Positions 41,608 through 52,005 of a stretch of 64,000 nt of DNA are shown here, one piece after another. Position 1 is the first letter of the stretch; the number at the start of each line of letters is the position of its first letter. The stretch is taken from NCBI GenBank assembly GCA_910587595.1, contig CAJULQ010000005.1, positions 883-64,882 on the forward strand, written 5' to 3'. The notes under the pieces are model-generated. The model searched no databases, had not been told where the DNA came from, and was given only the letters and a program-made list of their open reading frames with translations. Both the position numbers and the translations under genes were made by a program. The stretch is from an uncultured Christensenellaceae bacterium. Its GTDB lineage: Bacteria; Bacillota; Clostridia; Christensenellales; Pumilibacteraceae.

Positions 41608-42120
41608 ATGGCAAGACGTGAACGTGAAGAAATGAAGCCGGACGACGGCTTTAAGAGCAAACTCGTAGCGGTTAACCGTATCACCAAGGTCGTAAAGGGC
41701 GGCCGCAACATGCGTTTTTCGGCGCTTGTTGTGGTGGGCGACTCCAACGGCAAGGTGGGTATCGGAACGGCCAAAGCGGCCGAAGTGCCCGAAGCTATCA
41801 AAAAGGCGGAGAACGTGGCGCGCCGTAGTTTGGTGACCATCGCTTTGCGCGACGGCACTATTCCCCACGAGATCATCGGCGTGTTCGGCACCTCGCAAGT
41901 GCTTTTGCGCCCCGCGCCCGAAGGTACCGGCGTTATCGCCGGCGGCAGCGTGCGTGCGGTGGTGGAGTTGGCGGGCATCAAGAACATCACTACCAAAAGT
42001 TACGGTAGCCGCAATCCCATCAACAGCGTTAAAGCTACGTTCGAAGGACTTACCGCTCTTCGCTCGCCCGAACAAGTGGCGGCACTGCGCGGCAAGACCG
42101 TGGAAGAAATCTTAGGATAG
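41608..42120 (+). CDS. rpsE: 30S ribosomal protein S5
   Basis: [24 protein letters not shown] is canonical S5. Confidence 0.98.
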   Translation: MARREREEMKPDDGFKSKLVAVNRITKVVKGGRNMRFSALVVVGDSNGKVGIGTAKAAEVPEAIKKAENVARRSLVTIALRDGTIPHEIIGVFGTSQVLLRPAPEGTGVIAGGSVRAVVELAGIKNITTKSYGSRNPINSVKATFEGLTALRSPEQVAALRGKTVEEILG

Positions 42121-42133
42121 GGAGAGGCGATAA

Positions 42134-42349
42134 ATGGCTACGAAAAAGACGGAAAACGCCGCCGAAAAGCAGCTCAAAGTAACGCTTGTAAAGAGCACGA
42201 TCGGCAGCTTGGAAAAGCATAAAAGAACGGTGCAAGCGCTCGGTTTGAAAAAGATCGGATCGAACGTTGTGGTGCGCGACAATCCCGCCATGCGCGGCAT
42301 GATCTTCGCGGTAAAACACCTTGTGACCGTTGAGGAGGTACAGGGTTAA
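42134..42349 (+). CDS. rpmD: 50S ribosomal protein L30
   Basis: [20 protein letters not shown], plus operon position. Confidence 0.95.
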   Translation: MATKKTENAAEKQLKVTLVKSTIGSLEKHKRTVQALGLKKIGSNVVVRDNPAMRGMIFAVKHLVTVEEVQG

Positions 42350-42792
42350 TGAAAATGCACGATCTTTCTCCCGCCGCGGGCGCCAGAAAAGCGCCCAAAC
42401 GGTTGGGTCGCGGTATCGGTTCGGGTACCGGCAAAACGAGCGGCAAGGGTCATAAGGGGCAATGGGCGCGTAGCGGCGGCGGTGTTCGCCCCGGTTTCGA
42501 GGGCGGCCAAATGCCGCTTGCCCGTCGACTTCCCAAAACGGGTTTTGACAACCGCTACAAAAAAGTTTATTCCATTGTGAATCTCGACGATCTCAACAAG
42601 TTCGACGACGGCGCCGTGGTGAACGCCGAGGCGCTCAAAGCGGCGGGGATCTTAAGCAAGATCGAGCCGTACGGCCTCAAAGTGTTGGGAGACGGCGAGC
42701 TCACCAAAAAAGTTACCGTTCAGGCAAAGAAGTTCTCGAAGTCCGCGACGGAAAAAATCGAGAAAGCCGGCGGTAAAGCAGAGGTGCTCTGA
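42349..42792 (+). CDS. rplO: 50S ribosomal protein L15
   Basis: [21 protein letters not shown] motif. Confidence 0.97.
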   Translation: MKMHDLSPAAGARKAPKRLGRGIGSGTGKTSGKGHKGQWARSGGGVRPGFEGGQMPLARRLPKTGFDNRYKKVYSIVNLDDLNKFDDGAVVNAEALKAAGILSKIEPYGLKVLGDGELTKKVTVQAKKFSKSATEKIEKAGGKAEVL

Positions 42793-44102
42793 TGTTTCAA
42801 ACACTCGTTAACGCGTTCAAGAATAAGGACGTACGAAAGAAAATCCTTATAACATTGGCGCTGATGTTTGTTTACCGCTTGGGGTGTTGGCTACCCGTTC
42901 CCGGCATTAACGGCGAAACGTATTCGGGTTCGTTCAACAGCGGCAGCATTCTGGACTTGCTGAGCATGATCACCGGCGGTGCGCTCAGCAACGGCGCGTT
43001 TTTGGCGATCGGTATATCGCCGTATATCAACGCGTCCATTATCATCCAGTTGCTCACTGTTGCCATCCCCGCGTTGGAGCGGCTCAGCAAACAGGGCGAC
43101 GAGGGCAGAAAGAAACTGAGTAAGATCACTCGCTATTTCACGCTCGTATTGGCGGCGGCGCAAGCCACCGGCATCGTGATCAACTTTTCGCGCGGCGGCA
43201 ACATCAGCTCGGATATCTTCGGCGCCAAAGTGCCCAACGCGTTGGTGTGCGCTTTTGTGGGCGCCATCTTGGTGGCCGGCTCCATGTTCACCATGTGGCT
43301 GGGCGAACGTATCACCGAAGTGGGCGTGGGCAACGGTATTTCCCTTTTGATCTTCGTGGGTATCCTTTCCACGGCGGGCATCAGCATCGTTTCGGTGTTC
43401 ACCGCGTGGGCGGACGGCGACGAAACCGCGCCTTGGCTGTTGTTGGTGTTCTTCTTGCTCGTTATCTTGATCTTCGCTTTCATCGTGTTTGTCGATCTGG
43501 CGGAACGCAAGATACAAGTGCACTACGCCAAACAGATCAAAGGCCGCAAGCAGTACGGCGGACAAACCACCTATATCCCCATCAAAGTGAATGCATCGGG
43601 CGTGTTGCCCATCATTTTCTCCACGGCCATCCTTTCGTTCCCGCAATTGATATGCTCCATGTTTTTGAGCGAAACCAATGCGTTTTACGTTTGGTGGTCT
43701 AAGTGGTTGGGCGTAGGACAACCTATCTATTCGGTGCTTGTGGGCGTGCTCATTCTGTTCTTCTCGTTCTTCTACGCGCAGATACAGTTTAACGCCGAAG
43801 AGGTGGCGCGCAACATTCAGCAATACGGCGGCAACATCACGGGATTGCGCCCCGGCAAGCAGACCAGCGACTATCTCAAAAAGATCAACAAGCGGCTCAC
43901 GCTGTTCGGCGCCATTTTCTTGGCGATCATCGCCATCGTGCCGTCTATCATCTTCAACTTCGTATTCAGCGGCGCGACCACGGCGCTCGTGAGCGCGTTC
44001 AGCTCCACGGGTATGCTCATTGTGGTATCGGTGGCGCTCGAGTTCCAAAAGCAAGTGGAAAGCCAGTTGATGATGAAACAGTACCGCGGGTTCTTAAAGT
44101 AA
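42792..44102 (+). CDS. secY: preprotein translocase subunit SecY
   Basis: 436 aa, 10-TM layout, canonical SecY sequence and position. Confidence 0.98.
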   Translation: MFQTLVNAFKNKDVRKKILITLALMFVYRLGCWLPVPGINGETYSGSFNSGSILDLLSMITGGALSNGAFLAIGISPYINASIIIQLLTVAIPALERLSKQGDEGRKKLSKITRYFTLVLAAAQATGIVINFSRGGNISSDIFGAKVPNALVCAFVGAILVAGSMFTMWLGERITEVGVGNGISLLIFVGILSTAGISIVSVFTAWADGDETAPWLLLVFFLLVILIFAFIVFVDLAERKIQVHYAKQIKGRKQYGGQTTYIPIKVNASGVLPIIFSTAILSFPQLICSMFLSETNAFYVWWSKWLGVGQPIYSVLVGVLILFFSFFYAQIQFNAEEVARNIQQYGGNITGLRPGKQTSDYLKKINKRLTLFGAIFLAIIAIVPSIIFNFVFSGATTALVSAFSSTGMLIVVSVALEFQKQVESQLMMKQYRGFLK

Positions 44103-44150
44103 CGACGGCGCAAACGCGAAGAGCGTTGCAATAGCGGATAGGAGAAAAAC

Positions 44151-44777
44151 ATGAAACTTGTTTTATTGGGCGCTCCGGGCGCGGGCAAAGGCACGCAGGC
44201 CGTGAAGATCGCCGAAAAGTACGGTATCGTGCACATTTCCACGGGCGACATCTTTCGTAAAAATCTGAAAGAGGGCACGCCGGTGGGGCTGAAAGCCAAA
44301 GCGTATATCGATAAAGGGCAGTTGGTGCCCGACGAAGTGACTTGCGAGATCGTGGCGGAGCGGCTCAAAGAGGCCGATTGCCAAAAGGGCTTTATGCTCG
44401 ATGGGTTCCCGCGCAACGTTTACCAAGCGCAAGCGCTCGAAAAAATGACCGACATAGACGTGGTGCTCAATATCGCCGTGGATCTTAACAAGCTCATGGC
44501 GCGCCTTACGGGGCGCCGCGTGTGCGCGGCTTGCGGCGAGAGCTATCACGTTTCCACCTTTACGCAAAGCAAATGCCTTAAGTGCGGCGGCGACGTGATC
44601 CAACGCGCCGACGACACCGAGGAAACGGTGGGTAAGCGTTTGCAGGTGTATACCGAACAAACGCAACCGCTCATCGATTTCTACCAAAAGAAAGGCAAAC
44701 TGCAAAGCGTGGACGGCATGGCGGCTATCGACGACGTGTTCGCCGACGTAGTCAAAGTGCTGGACGCCGTACGCTGA
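44151..44777 (+). CDS. adk: adenylate kinase (Zn-lid form)
   Basis: GAPGAGKGTQA P-loop. Lid with CAACG...CLKCG. Confidence 0.98.
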   Translation: MKLVLLGAPGAGKGTQAVKIAEKYGIVHISTGDIFRKNLKEGTPVGLKAKAYIDKGQLVPDEVTCEIVAERLKEADCQKGFMLDGFPRNVYQAQALEKMTDIDVVLNIAVDLNKLMARLTGRRVCAACGESYHVSTFTQSKCLKCGGDVIQRADDTEETVGKRLQVYTEQTQPLIDFYQKKGKLQSVDGMAAIDDVFADVVKVLDAVR

Positions 44778-44784
44778 GCGAATC

Positions 44785-45531
44785 ATGATCACCGTAAAAA
44801 AGCCAAACGAGATCGCAAAGATGCGCGCGGCGGGTAGGCTGACGGGCGAGGCGCTGGCGTATGCCGAGGAGCGCATCCGTCCGGGCGTGACCACCGCGCA
44901 GATCAATGCGGCCGTTCACGAATATATCACGTCGCACGGCGCCGTTCCGTCGTTTTTGGGGTATCACGGATATCCCGCCTCGGCTTGCGTGTCGGTGAAC
45001 GACGTGGTGGTGCACGGCATACCGGGCGGATACGTTCTCAAAGAGGGCGATATCGTGTCGGTAGACGTGGGCGTTATAAAAGACGGTTGGCAAGGCGATG
45101 CGGCGCGAACGTTTGCCGTGGGCAAGATCTCGCCCGATGCGCAAAAGCTCATCGACGTAACGCGCGAAAGCTTTTTCGAGGGCATCAAGCAAGCGCGCGC
45201 GGGGCGACGGTTGGGCGACGTGTCGGCGGCCATTCAGCAACATGCCGAGCGGTTCGGTTTCGGTGTGGTGCGCGAAATGGTGGGGCACGGCATAGGACGC
45301 CAAATGCATGAAGACCCTTCGGTGCCCAACTTCGGCACGGCGGGCACGGGCGTGCTCTTAAAGGCGGGTTACACCCTTGCGGTGGAACCCATGATCAACG
45401 CGGGCACGTTCAAAATAAAGTTCGATGCCGACGGGTGGACCACGCGCACGGCGGACGGCAGCCTATCGGCGCACTATGAAAACACCATCTGTATTTGCGA
45501 CGGCGAACCCGAAATATTAACGCTTATTTAG
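44785..45531 (+). CDS. map: type I methionine aminopeptidase
   Basis: HGIPG.., DVGV..DGWQGD and HGIGRQMHE metal-ligand motifs. Confidence 0.97.
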   Translation: MITVKKPNEIAKMRAAGRLTGEALAYAEERIRPGVTTAQINAAVHEYITSHGAVPSFLGYHGYPASACVSVNDVVVHGIPGGYVLKEGDIVSVDVGVIKDGWQGDAARTFAVGKISPDAQKLIDVTRESFFEGIKQARAGRRLGDVSAAIQQHAERFGFGVVREMVGHGIGRQMHEDPSVPNFGTAGTGVLLKAGYTLAVEPMINAGTFKIKFDADGWTTRTADGSLSAHYENTICICDGEPEILTLI

Positions 45532-45601
45532 CCTAACGCGTCAAAAAAAACAGTGCGGTTGTTTAAGATAGGTGCTATGGTTGCTTTACAAAAAGGAAAT
45601 T

Positions 45602-45877
45602 ATGTGCTATAATAAAACGTACGCCCTTAAAGAGCCCGCTGTCGGGCAGATCGTTGTGAGCAGCAAAGGGCACGATACAAACCGACTGTATGTGATCGTG
45701 GCGGTGCTCGGCGGCGATTTCGTACTTTGCGTAGACGGTCGCTACCGTACGATAGACAAGCCCAAACAAAAGCGCGTAAAGCACTTGCGGTGGGCGGGCA
45801 TGTCGGAACAAGCAGCCCAAGAGGTCGGAAACGGGCGTTTGACCGACGCGGCGGTGCGCAAGATATTGCAACCGTAA
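45602..45877 (+). CDS. small KOW-domain RNA-binding-like protein (map-infA spacer gene typical of Clostridia)
   Basis: ATG 45602 follows AAAGGAAA. KOW-like segment GQIVVSSKGHDTNRLYVIVAV. Conserved position. Confidence 0.7.
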   Translation: MCYNKTYALKEPAVGQIVVSSKGHDTNRLYVIVAVLGGDFVLCVDGRYRTIDKPKQKRVKHLRWAGMSEQAAQEVGNGRLTDAAVRKILQP

Positions 45878-45937
45878 AGCGGCGCAAGACCCGTTGGTTC
45901 GCAAAAACAGTTACAACCATGCCAAAAGGAGATGTGT

Positions 45938-46159
45938 ATGCCGAAGGACGATAATATCGAAGCAGAAGGCATTGTGGTAGAGTGCCTGCGCAACGCTATG
46001 TTCAAGGTAAAACTCAGCAACGGTCATATTGTGACGTGTACGATATCGGGCAAGATACGTATGCATTATATCAAGATATTGGAGGGCGATACCGTGAAGA
46101 TCGAGATGTCGCCGTACGATATCACCAAGGGTAGGATAACCTACCGCAACAAAAATTAA
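45938..46159 (+). CDS. infA: translation initiation factor IF-1
   Basis: [37 protein letters not shown]. Confidence 0.97.
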   Translation: MPKDDNIEAEGIVVECLRNAMFKVKLSNGHIVTCTISGKIRMHYIKILEGDTVKIEMSPYDITKGRITYRNKN

Positions 46160-46185
46160 ACGCAGACAAAAAGAGGACGGATAGT

Positions 46186-46302
46186 ATGAAAGTTAGAGCT
46201 TCGGTTAAACCCATGTGCGACAGATGCAAAGTGATCAAACGCCATGGCAAAGTGATGGTGATCTGCTCCAAGTACGCCAGCCACAAGCAACGGCAAGGCT
46301 GA
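46186..46302 (+). CDS. rpmJ: 50S ribosomal protein L36 (zinc form)
   Basis: Hand-translated 38 aa: [38 protein letters not shown]. Absent from the ORF track because it is shorter than 60 aa. Confidence 0.95.
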   Translation: MKVRASVKPMCDRCKVIKRHGKVMVICSKYASHKQRQG

Positions 46303-46496
46303 TCGCCTCGGTTCCCGTTTGTGCGTGCGGACTCCCCGATCGGGGAGAAACTCCGTGCGCTGTTTTGGCGTATTGGCGCTTAACATCGGTAATAATCGCG
46401 TGCGCCGCATTTTCTACCATTCCATAGAAAATACGGATAACGCCCGCGTGTTCATATAAAAAAGAAAAAGACAAAAAAAAGCAAGGAGAAAAAACC

Positions 46497-46868
46497 GTGG
46501 CAAGAATAGCCGGCATTGATCTGCCCCGCGAAAAGCGCGTGGAGATCGGATTAACGTATATTTACGGCATCGGCAAACCCACCGCGCAAAAGATTTTGGC
46601 GGATACGGGCGTGAACCCCGATACCAGAGTGAAAGACCTCAGCGAAGAAGAAGTTAACAAGATACGTTCCTACGTGGAGCACAACTTGCGTGTGGAAGGC
46701 GACTTGCACCGCGAAGTGGCGCTCAACATCAAACGTTTGATGGAAATCGGATGCTATCGCGGCGTTCGTCACCGCAAGGGACTTCCCGTTCGCGGGCAGA
46801 ACACCAAGCAGAACGCGCGCACCCGCAAAGGCCCCAAGCGCACCGTGGGCAGATCCAAGAAAAAGTAG
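46497..46868 (+). CDS. rpsM: 30S ribosomal protein S13
   Basis: [28 protein letters not shown] start after AAGGAG. Confidence 0.98.
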   Translation: MARIAGIDLPREKRVEIGLTYIYGIGKPTAQKILADTGVNPDTRVKDLSEEEVNKIRSYVEHNLRVEGDLHREVALNIKRLMEIGCYRGVRHRKGLPVRGQNTKQNARTRKGPKRTVGRSKKK

Positions 46869-46882
46869 GGAGAGCATAAGAT

Positions 46883-47275
46883 ATGGCAGTGAAAAAGACC
46901 TCTTCGAGAAAGAGCAGAGTAACCAAAAATATAGATAAAGGGCAAGTGCATATCCACGCTTCGTTCAACAACACGATCATCACCGTGACCGACGAGCAAG
47001 GCAATGCCATCTCCGCCTGCAGCGCGGGCGCGCTCAACTTCCGCGGCAGCCGTAAAAGCACGCCGTTCGCGGCGCAACAAGCGTCTGAAAAAGCGGCGTT
47101 GGCGGCCAAAGATCACGGCCTCAAAACGGTGGACGTGTTTGTAAAGGGTCCCGGCAGCGGCCGCGAATCGGCCATTCGCGCTTTGGAAGTGGTGGGGCTT
47201 TCGGTAACCAGCATTACCGACGTGTCGCCCATTCCGCACAACGGATGCCGTCCGCCCAAACGCAGAAGAGTTTAA
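46883..47275 (+). CDS. rpsK: 30S ribosomal protein S11
   Basis: [16 protein letters not shown] and [13 protein letters not shown]. Confidence 0.98.
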   Translation: MAVKKTSSRKSRVTKNIDKGQVHIHASFNNTIITVTDEQGNAISACSAGALNFRGSRKSTPFAAQQASEKAALAAKDHGLKTVDVFVKGPGSGRESAIRALEVVGLSVTSITDVSPIPHNGCRPPKRRRV

Positions 47276-47293
47276 TAGGAGAAAGAGAGTAAA

Positions 47294-47914
47294 ATGGCTA
47301 AATATACATGTGCAGATTGTCGTCAGTGCCGCCGCGAGGGGCAGAAACTGTTTCTCAAGGGCGAGCGTTGCACCAGTAAAAAATGCGCCATGGAGCGTAG
47401 ACCCGTTCCTCCCGGACAGCACGGCATGGGCAGAAAGAAAGCGAGCGAATACAGCTTGCAGCTCAGAGAAAAGCAAAAAGCCAAACGCGCGTACGGCCTT
47501 TTGGAAAAGCAGTTCCACGGCTACTACGAAGAAGCCGAGCGCATGCGCGGCGTTACGGGCGAGAACATGCTGTCGCTTATCGAGCGCAGATTGGACAATG
47601 TGGTATACCGCATGGGTATCGGCGCCAGCCGCGCCCAATGCCGCCAGATCGTGAATCACGGCCACATCACCGTGAACGGCACGCGCGTAGACATTCCGTC
47701 GTATCAAGTAAAGATCGGCGACGTGATCGCGGTGCACGAGTCGAGCAAAGACAACGCCATCTTCAAAGAGTTGCGCGGCGCCCGTATCGTTATGCCCAAA
47801 TGGTTGGAGTTCGACACCGAGTCGCTTGTGGGTAAGATCACAGACAGTCCCAAGCGCGAAGATATCGACCTGAATATCAACGAACAGCTCATCGTAGAAT
47901 TGTACTCCAAGTAA
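47294..47914 (+). CDS. rpsD: 30S ribosomal protein S4 (Cys-rich N-terminus)
   Basis: [21 protein letters not shown], with an S4 domain in the C-terminal half. Confidence 0.97.
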   Translation: MAKYTCADCRQCRREGQKLFLKGERCTSKKCAMERRPVPPGQHGMGRKKASEYSLQLREKQKAKRAYGLLEKQFHGYYEEAERMRGVTGENMLSLIERRLDNVVYRMGIGASRAQCRQIVNHGHITVNGTRVDIPSYQVKIGDVIAVHESSKDNAIFKELRGARIVMPKWLEFDTESLVGKITDSPKREDIDLNINEQLIVELYSK

Positions 47915-47976
47915 ATTCGATAATCAGGTAAACCGTATTGCAATCATAGTGGCGGTAAGCCACATAGGAGAATTGA

Positions 47977-48936
47977 ATGAATATGATGGAAATCGAAAAG
48001 CCACGGATCACGCTGGAGGAAAGCCCCGATTTGCGGGTAGGAAAGTTCGTTGTGGAACCTCTCGAGCGTGGCTATGGCATCACGCTCGGCAATGCGCTCC
48101 GCAGAGTGTTGCTGTCTGCTCTGCCCGGCACGGCCGTGGTGGGCATTCGCATCGAGGGAGCCAGCCACGAGTTTACCACCATCAAGGGCGTTAAAGAGGA
48201 CGTTGCCGAGATCATCCTCAATTTGAAAGGGCTCAATCTCAAAGCAAATTATTCGGACAAGACGCTTAAAAAGACGCTCAAGATCGAGCGCACAACGCCG
48301 GGTATCGTTACGGCCAAAGATATAGAGATCGATCCCGAAATCGAGATCCTCAACCCCGATATGTATATCTGCACGTTGGACGACGGCGGCAAGCTCAACA
48401 TGGAGATGACCGTTGCGCGCGGCAGAGGGTATGTGGTGGCGGTGAACCATAAAGACGACACCCAGCCTATCGGCTATATTCCCATCGACGCGATCTTCAC
48501 GCCCGTGAAAGCCGCCAGCTATTCGGTGGAAAGCACCCGCGTGGGGCAGAGCATCGACTACGACAAACTTACGCTCGAAGTGAAAACGGACGGCAGTCTT
48601 ACCGCGAAAGACGTTTTGAGCCTTGCGGCCAAAGCGATCGAGGATCATATCCGCTTGTTCGTAAACCTTTCGGACGTGATCTCCGGCATGGACATTTTGG
48701 TGTCGCGCGAGGAAGACAAGCAACAAAAAGTTCTCGAAATGAACATCGAAGACATGGACTTGAGCGTGCGCAGTTACAACTGCTTAAAGCGCGCCGCCAT
48801 TCACACGGTGGAAGATCTCACCAAGAGAACGGAAGAAGACATGCTCAAGGTGCGTAACCTCGGGCGCAAGTCGCTGGACGAAGTGATCGGCAAGTTGCGC
48901 AGTTACGGGTTGGACTTAAAGAGCAGCGAAGAATAA
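47977..48936 (+). CDS. rpoA: DNA-directed RNA polymerase alpha subunit
   Basis: GYGITLGNALRRVLLS.. in the NTD and SVRSYNCLKRA in the CTD. The exact start Met is ambiguous (47977-47986). Confidence 0.97.
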   Translation: MNMMEIEKPRITLEESPDLRVGKFVVEPLERGYGITLGNALRRVLLSALPGTAVVGIRIEGASHEFTTIKGVKEDVAEIILNLKGLNLKANYSDKTLKKTLKIERTTPGIVTAKDIEIDPEIEILNPDMYICTLDDGGKLNMEMTVARGRGYVVAVNHKDDTQPIGYIPIDAIFTPVKAASYSVESTRVGQSIDYDKLTLEVKTDGSLTAKDVLSLAAKAIEDHIRLFVNLSDVISGMDILVSREEDKQQKVLEMNIEDMDLSVRSYNCLKRAAIHTVEDLTKRTEEDMLKVRNLGRKSLDEVIGKLRSYGLDLKSSEE

Positions 48937-49028
48937 GAGAATGCGCCGAGCGTGAGAGCGGCTTGCAATAAGCGCGCGTCGCGCAACGGACGGACAACGA
49001 ACAATACGACTATCCGAGAGGTAAAGAA

Positions 49029-49535
49029 ATGGAACAGAGAAAATTGGGGAAACCCACCGACCAAAGAATGGCGCTACTTAGAAACCAAGTGACCGAACTT
49101 CTTTGGAACGGCAAGATAGAAACCACCTACGACCGCGCCAAAGAAGTGAGCCGTATGGCGGAAAAAGTGCTTACCATGGCTATCAATACTTACACCGACA
49201 CCTATAAAAAGGTGGAAACCCGCAAAACGGACAAGGGCGAGGTGAAAGTGGAGCTTGTGAACGACGGCCCCAAGAAATTGGCGGCGCGCCGTAGGATCAT
49301 GAGCATTGTGTACGATCGCCAAGAACAACGCGGCGACAAGGAATCGGCGCTTGCTTTCAAGCAACGCACCGAGCATATCCAACACCCGCTCGTGGAAAAG
49401 ATCTTCAACGAGTATGCGCCCAAGTATACCAAGCGCGCCGCCGATCTCGGCCAAAAGGGCGGCTATACCCGCGTGCTCAAAATGGGATTCCGCCGCGGCG
49501 ACAGCGCCGAGGCCGCGCTGATCGAATTGGTGTAA
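49029..49535 (+). CDS. rplQ: 50S ribosomal protein L17 (with internal insertion)
   Basis: RKLGKPTDQRMALLRN... and GGYTRVLKMGFRRGD. 168 aa. Confidence 0.96.
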   Translation: MEQRKLGKPTDQRMALLRNQVTELLWNGKIETTYDRAKEVSRMAEKVLTMAINTYTDTYKKVETRKTDKGEVKVELVNDGPKKLAARRRIMSIVYDRQEQRGDKESALAFKQRTEHIQHPLVEKIFNEYAPKYTKRAADLGQKGGYTRVLKMGFRRGDSAEAALIELV

Positions 49536-49550
49536 TTAGAAACAAAACAA

Positions 49551-49588
49551 AAAGGCTACGAACGTTTGTATGTTCGTAGCCTTTTTTT
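49551..49588 (+). terminator. intrinsic terminator of the ribosomal superoperon
   Basis: AAAGGCTACGAAC-gtttgtat-GTTCGTAGCCTTT followed by a T run. Confidence 0.85.
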
Positions 49589-49591
49589 GTG

Positions 49592-49798
49592 CTATATGTC
49601 TGATAAACCCAACAAATAGTCGGCAGATACATCAAAGATCTTACACAATCGCCGTATATTTTCAATCGAGGGCTGACTTCTTCCTTTTTCCCATGAAAAA
49701 ATACTGTCGTCGGTAGTTTGCACTTCCTTCGCCAACGTTTGCTGTGTCATTTTGTTCGCTGTCCGCAACTCTTTTAATCTTATAGCAAATATATCCAT
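49592..49798 (-). CDS. XRE-family HTH transcriptional regulator
   Basis: 68 aa. RLKELR...MTQQTLAKEV......I..WEKG...P is typical Cro/CI HTH. Confidence 0.85.
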   Translation of the reverse strand: MDIFAIRLKELRTANKMTQQTLAKEVQTTDDSIFSWEKGRSQPSIENIRRLCKIFDVSADYLLGLSDI

Positions 49799-49810
49799 AA
49801 GTAAATTATA

Positions 49811-49860
49811 CGTAAAAATTACGGAAAAGTCTTGACTTCCGTAAAAATTACGGTTATACT
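49811..49860 (+). promoter_or_regulatory. promoter with two palindromic operator sites
   Basis: TTGACT (49832-49837), 17-nt spacer, TATACT (49855-49860). Palindrome CGTAAAAATTACG sits at 49811-49823. CCGTAAAAATTACGG sits at 49839-49853 and fills the spacer. Confidence 0.6.
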
Positions 49861-49890
49861 ATTGGTATACTTTTTATTAGGAGAGTTCTT

Positions 49891-50154
49891 ATGTCGGCTT
49901 TAGAAGATTTGATTTACGGTAACCGCGGTACGTTGGAGAGCACGCCCACCACAAAAGAATACAAGGCGTTGTTTTCCGTTGTGGCGGATAAGAATGAAAA
50001 AATGCGCGAATTGCTTGCATCGTCACCCGATTTGCTCGCGCATTTTGACAGCACTATCGATTCCATAGTGCAAGCAGACGCACAACTCGGCGTCGACTAT
50101 TTTGCAGAGGGTTTGCGGTTTGGCATACTGCTCGGCATCGATATTGCCGATTAA
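49891..50154 (+). CDS. small hypothetical protein, divergent partner of the XRE regulator
   Basis: 87-aa helical ORF with an AGGAG RBS. No family recognised. Confidence 0.5.
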   Translation: MSALEDLIYGNRGTLESTPTTKEYKALFSVVADKNEKMRELLASSPDLLAHFDSTIDSIVQADAQLGVDYFAEGLRFGILLGIDIAD

Positions 50155-50456
50155 AGATTTGCCAACTTCGTCAAATTGTCTATAGACTGCACGCCCACGG
50201 CTTTGTTTACGGGTTGACCGTTGGCAAATACCATGATGGTGGGAATGCTCATAATGCCGAACTGCATGGCGAGTTCTTGGTTTTCGTCCACGTTCACTTT
50301 GCACACCTTTACTTTGTCGGCGTATTTTTGGGCGAATTGTTCCAAAATGGGGGTTTGGCTACGGCAAGGTCCGCACCAAGGCGCCCAAAAGTCCACCACC
50401 ACGGGCAGACTGCCGCTCGTTTCTTTGGCAAAATCGTTTGCGTTCAATTCTTTCAT
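50151..50456 (-). CDS. trxA: thioredoxin
   Basis: WCGPC active site. The real start is MKELNANDF, preceded by AAGGAG. The track ORF is 5'-extended. Confidence 0.93.
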   Translation of the reverse strand: MKELNANDFAKETSGSLPVVVDFWAPWCGPCRSQTPILEQFAQKYADKVKVCKVNVDENQELAMQFGIMSIPTIMVFANGQPVNKAVGVQSIDNLTKLANL

Positions 50457-50521
50457 GTTTATATGCTCCTTATTGTGTTTTTTGTTTGCTATGTGATCGT
50501 GTAAAAAGCGGGGCGCGTATA

Positions 50522-51907
50522 TCAAAACGCTTTATCCAACTTGCGAATGGCGGCCTCGTAAATGGCGGGCAGTTTGTCGAACAACTCGATGGGGAAACAT
50601 TCGTCTATGTTGTGTATGTTGGTTTCCAGATCGGGGAACGTGGGGCCGAACGCCACGGCATTGGGCAGTTCGCGCGCATACGTGCCGCCCCCGCAGTATA
50701 GGCATTTTTTTTCGCCGCCCGTGGTTTCACCGTAGGCCTCTAACAATGCTTGCACGAGTTTGTCGCTTTCGGGGATATAAAGGTTGGGCGACCAGCGCAA
50801 AACAGTCAGTTTGCCGTCGGGGAACAGACGGGCAATGTCTTGTTGCACTTTTTCGTGGTCGGCGCACACGGGCAAGCGGCAGTCTAGCGTGAGCGAAAGC
50901 GTGTTGTTTTTATACGACACAACGCCCAAGTTGACGGTCAGTTCGCCCGATACGTCGTCTTTGGCCGTAATGCCCAGCGAGTTGGCGGCGTTGTATTCGC
51001 CCAAATACCGTCGCACGTTGCGCAAGGCGGGGGATGCGTCCCCGTATACACCGTCTAACAGCCGTAACAGTTTTACGGCGGCGTTCTCGCCTTTTTCGGG
51101 CGCCATGGCATGTCCCGCCACGCCGCGCGATTCGAGCACCAATTCGTTTTCAAAGTAGTGCGCCGAAAAGTCCTCTATCCGTAGCCCCGCGTCGGCGATC
51201 GTTGCGGCGATCTGCGGTTTGTAAAACAGCGAGTTGTCGCGGCCGTACAGCGCGAAAATGTTGTATAGCGCGCTGCCTTTGGGAATACGCGCTACGCATG
51301 CGTCAGGCACAACGTTGGGTCGATCGCCCGCCGTAAACGCCGATATGTTTTGTTGCCACACTTGGTCGACGGGCAGTTGCAAGAGTAGGTGCAGAATGCC
51401 TTTCTCGCTGTTGATGAGCGGAAAGTCGGCGTCGGGCACAAAACTTGCTTGCGGGATCTCGCAGTGCGCGCGGTAGTATTCGATACACTCCGAACCGTTT
51501 TCTTCGTTGCAACCCACAATGAGCCGTATGCGGTGGTTGCATTTTTCGCCGCTCTCGGCAATATGCTTGAGCGCGTGCAACGCCGCCACGGTGGGGCCTT
51601 TGTCGTCGGCCACGCCGCGACCGTACAGCATGCCGTTTTCGCACACCAACGTAAACGGGTCGTGGCTCCAACCGTCGCCGGCGGGCACCACGTCGAGATG
51701 TCCCAAAATGCCTATAAGCCCGTCGCCTTGGCCGATCTCCGCCCAACCGCAGTACCCTTTTTCGCAGTGGGTGCGCATTCCGTAGTTTGCCGCAATGGCC
51801 AAAAAAGTATCCAATGCTTGGCGCGGCCCCGTGCCGAACGGCGCGTCTGCGGCGGGCGTTCCCATCACCGAGGGAACGGCTATCAGTTTTTTCAGATCAT
51901 TGAGCAT
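50522..51907 (-). CDS. M20-family dipeptidase (PepV/Sapep-like)
   Basis: HLDVVPAGDGW and GRGVADDKGP motifs. 461 aa. Confidence 0.85.
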   Translation of the reverse strand: MLNDLKKLIAVPSVMGTPAADAPFGTGPRQALDTFLAIAANYGMRTHCEKGYCGWAEIGQGDGLIGILGHLDVVPAGDGWSHDPFTLVCENGMLYGRGVADDKGPTVAALHALKHIAESGEKCNHRIRLIVGCNEENGSECIEYYRAHCEIPQASFVPDADFPLINSEKGILHLLLQLPVDQVWQQNISAFTAGDRPNVVPDACVARIPKGSALYNIFALYGRDNSLFYKPQIAATIADAGLRIEDFSAHYFENELVLESRGVAGHAMAPEKGENAAVKLLRLLDGVYGDASPALRNVRRYLGEYNAANSLGITAKDDVSGELTVNLGVVSYKNNTLSLTLDCRLPVCADHEKVQQDIARLFPDGKLTVLRWSPNLYIPESDKLVQALLEAYGETTGGEKKCLYCGGGTYARELPNAVAFGPTFPDLETNIHNIDECFPIELFDKLPAIYEAAIRKLDKAF

Positions 51908-52005
51908 TTTTCACTCTCCGTGCAAATTCGGTTGCGTTTCTTTGCGTTTTTCGTTATAATTATCTTACTACATCGGATATGTTTTGTCAAGGAGAGCACA
52001 TAACA

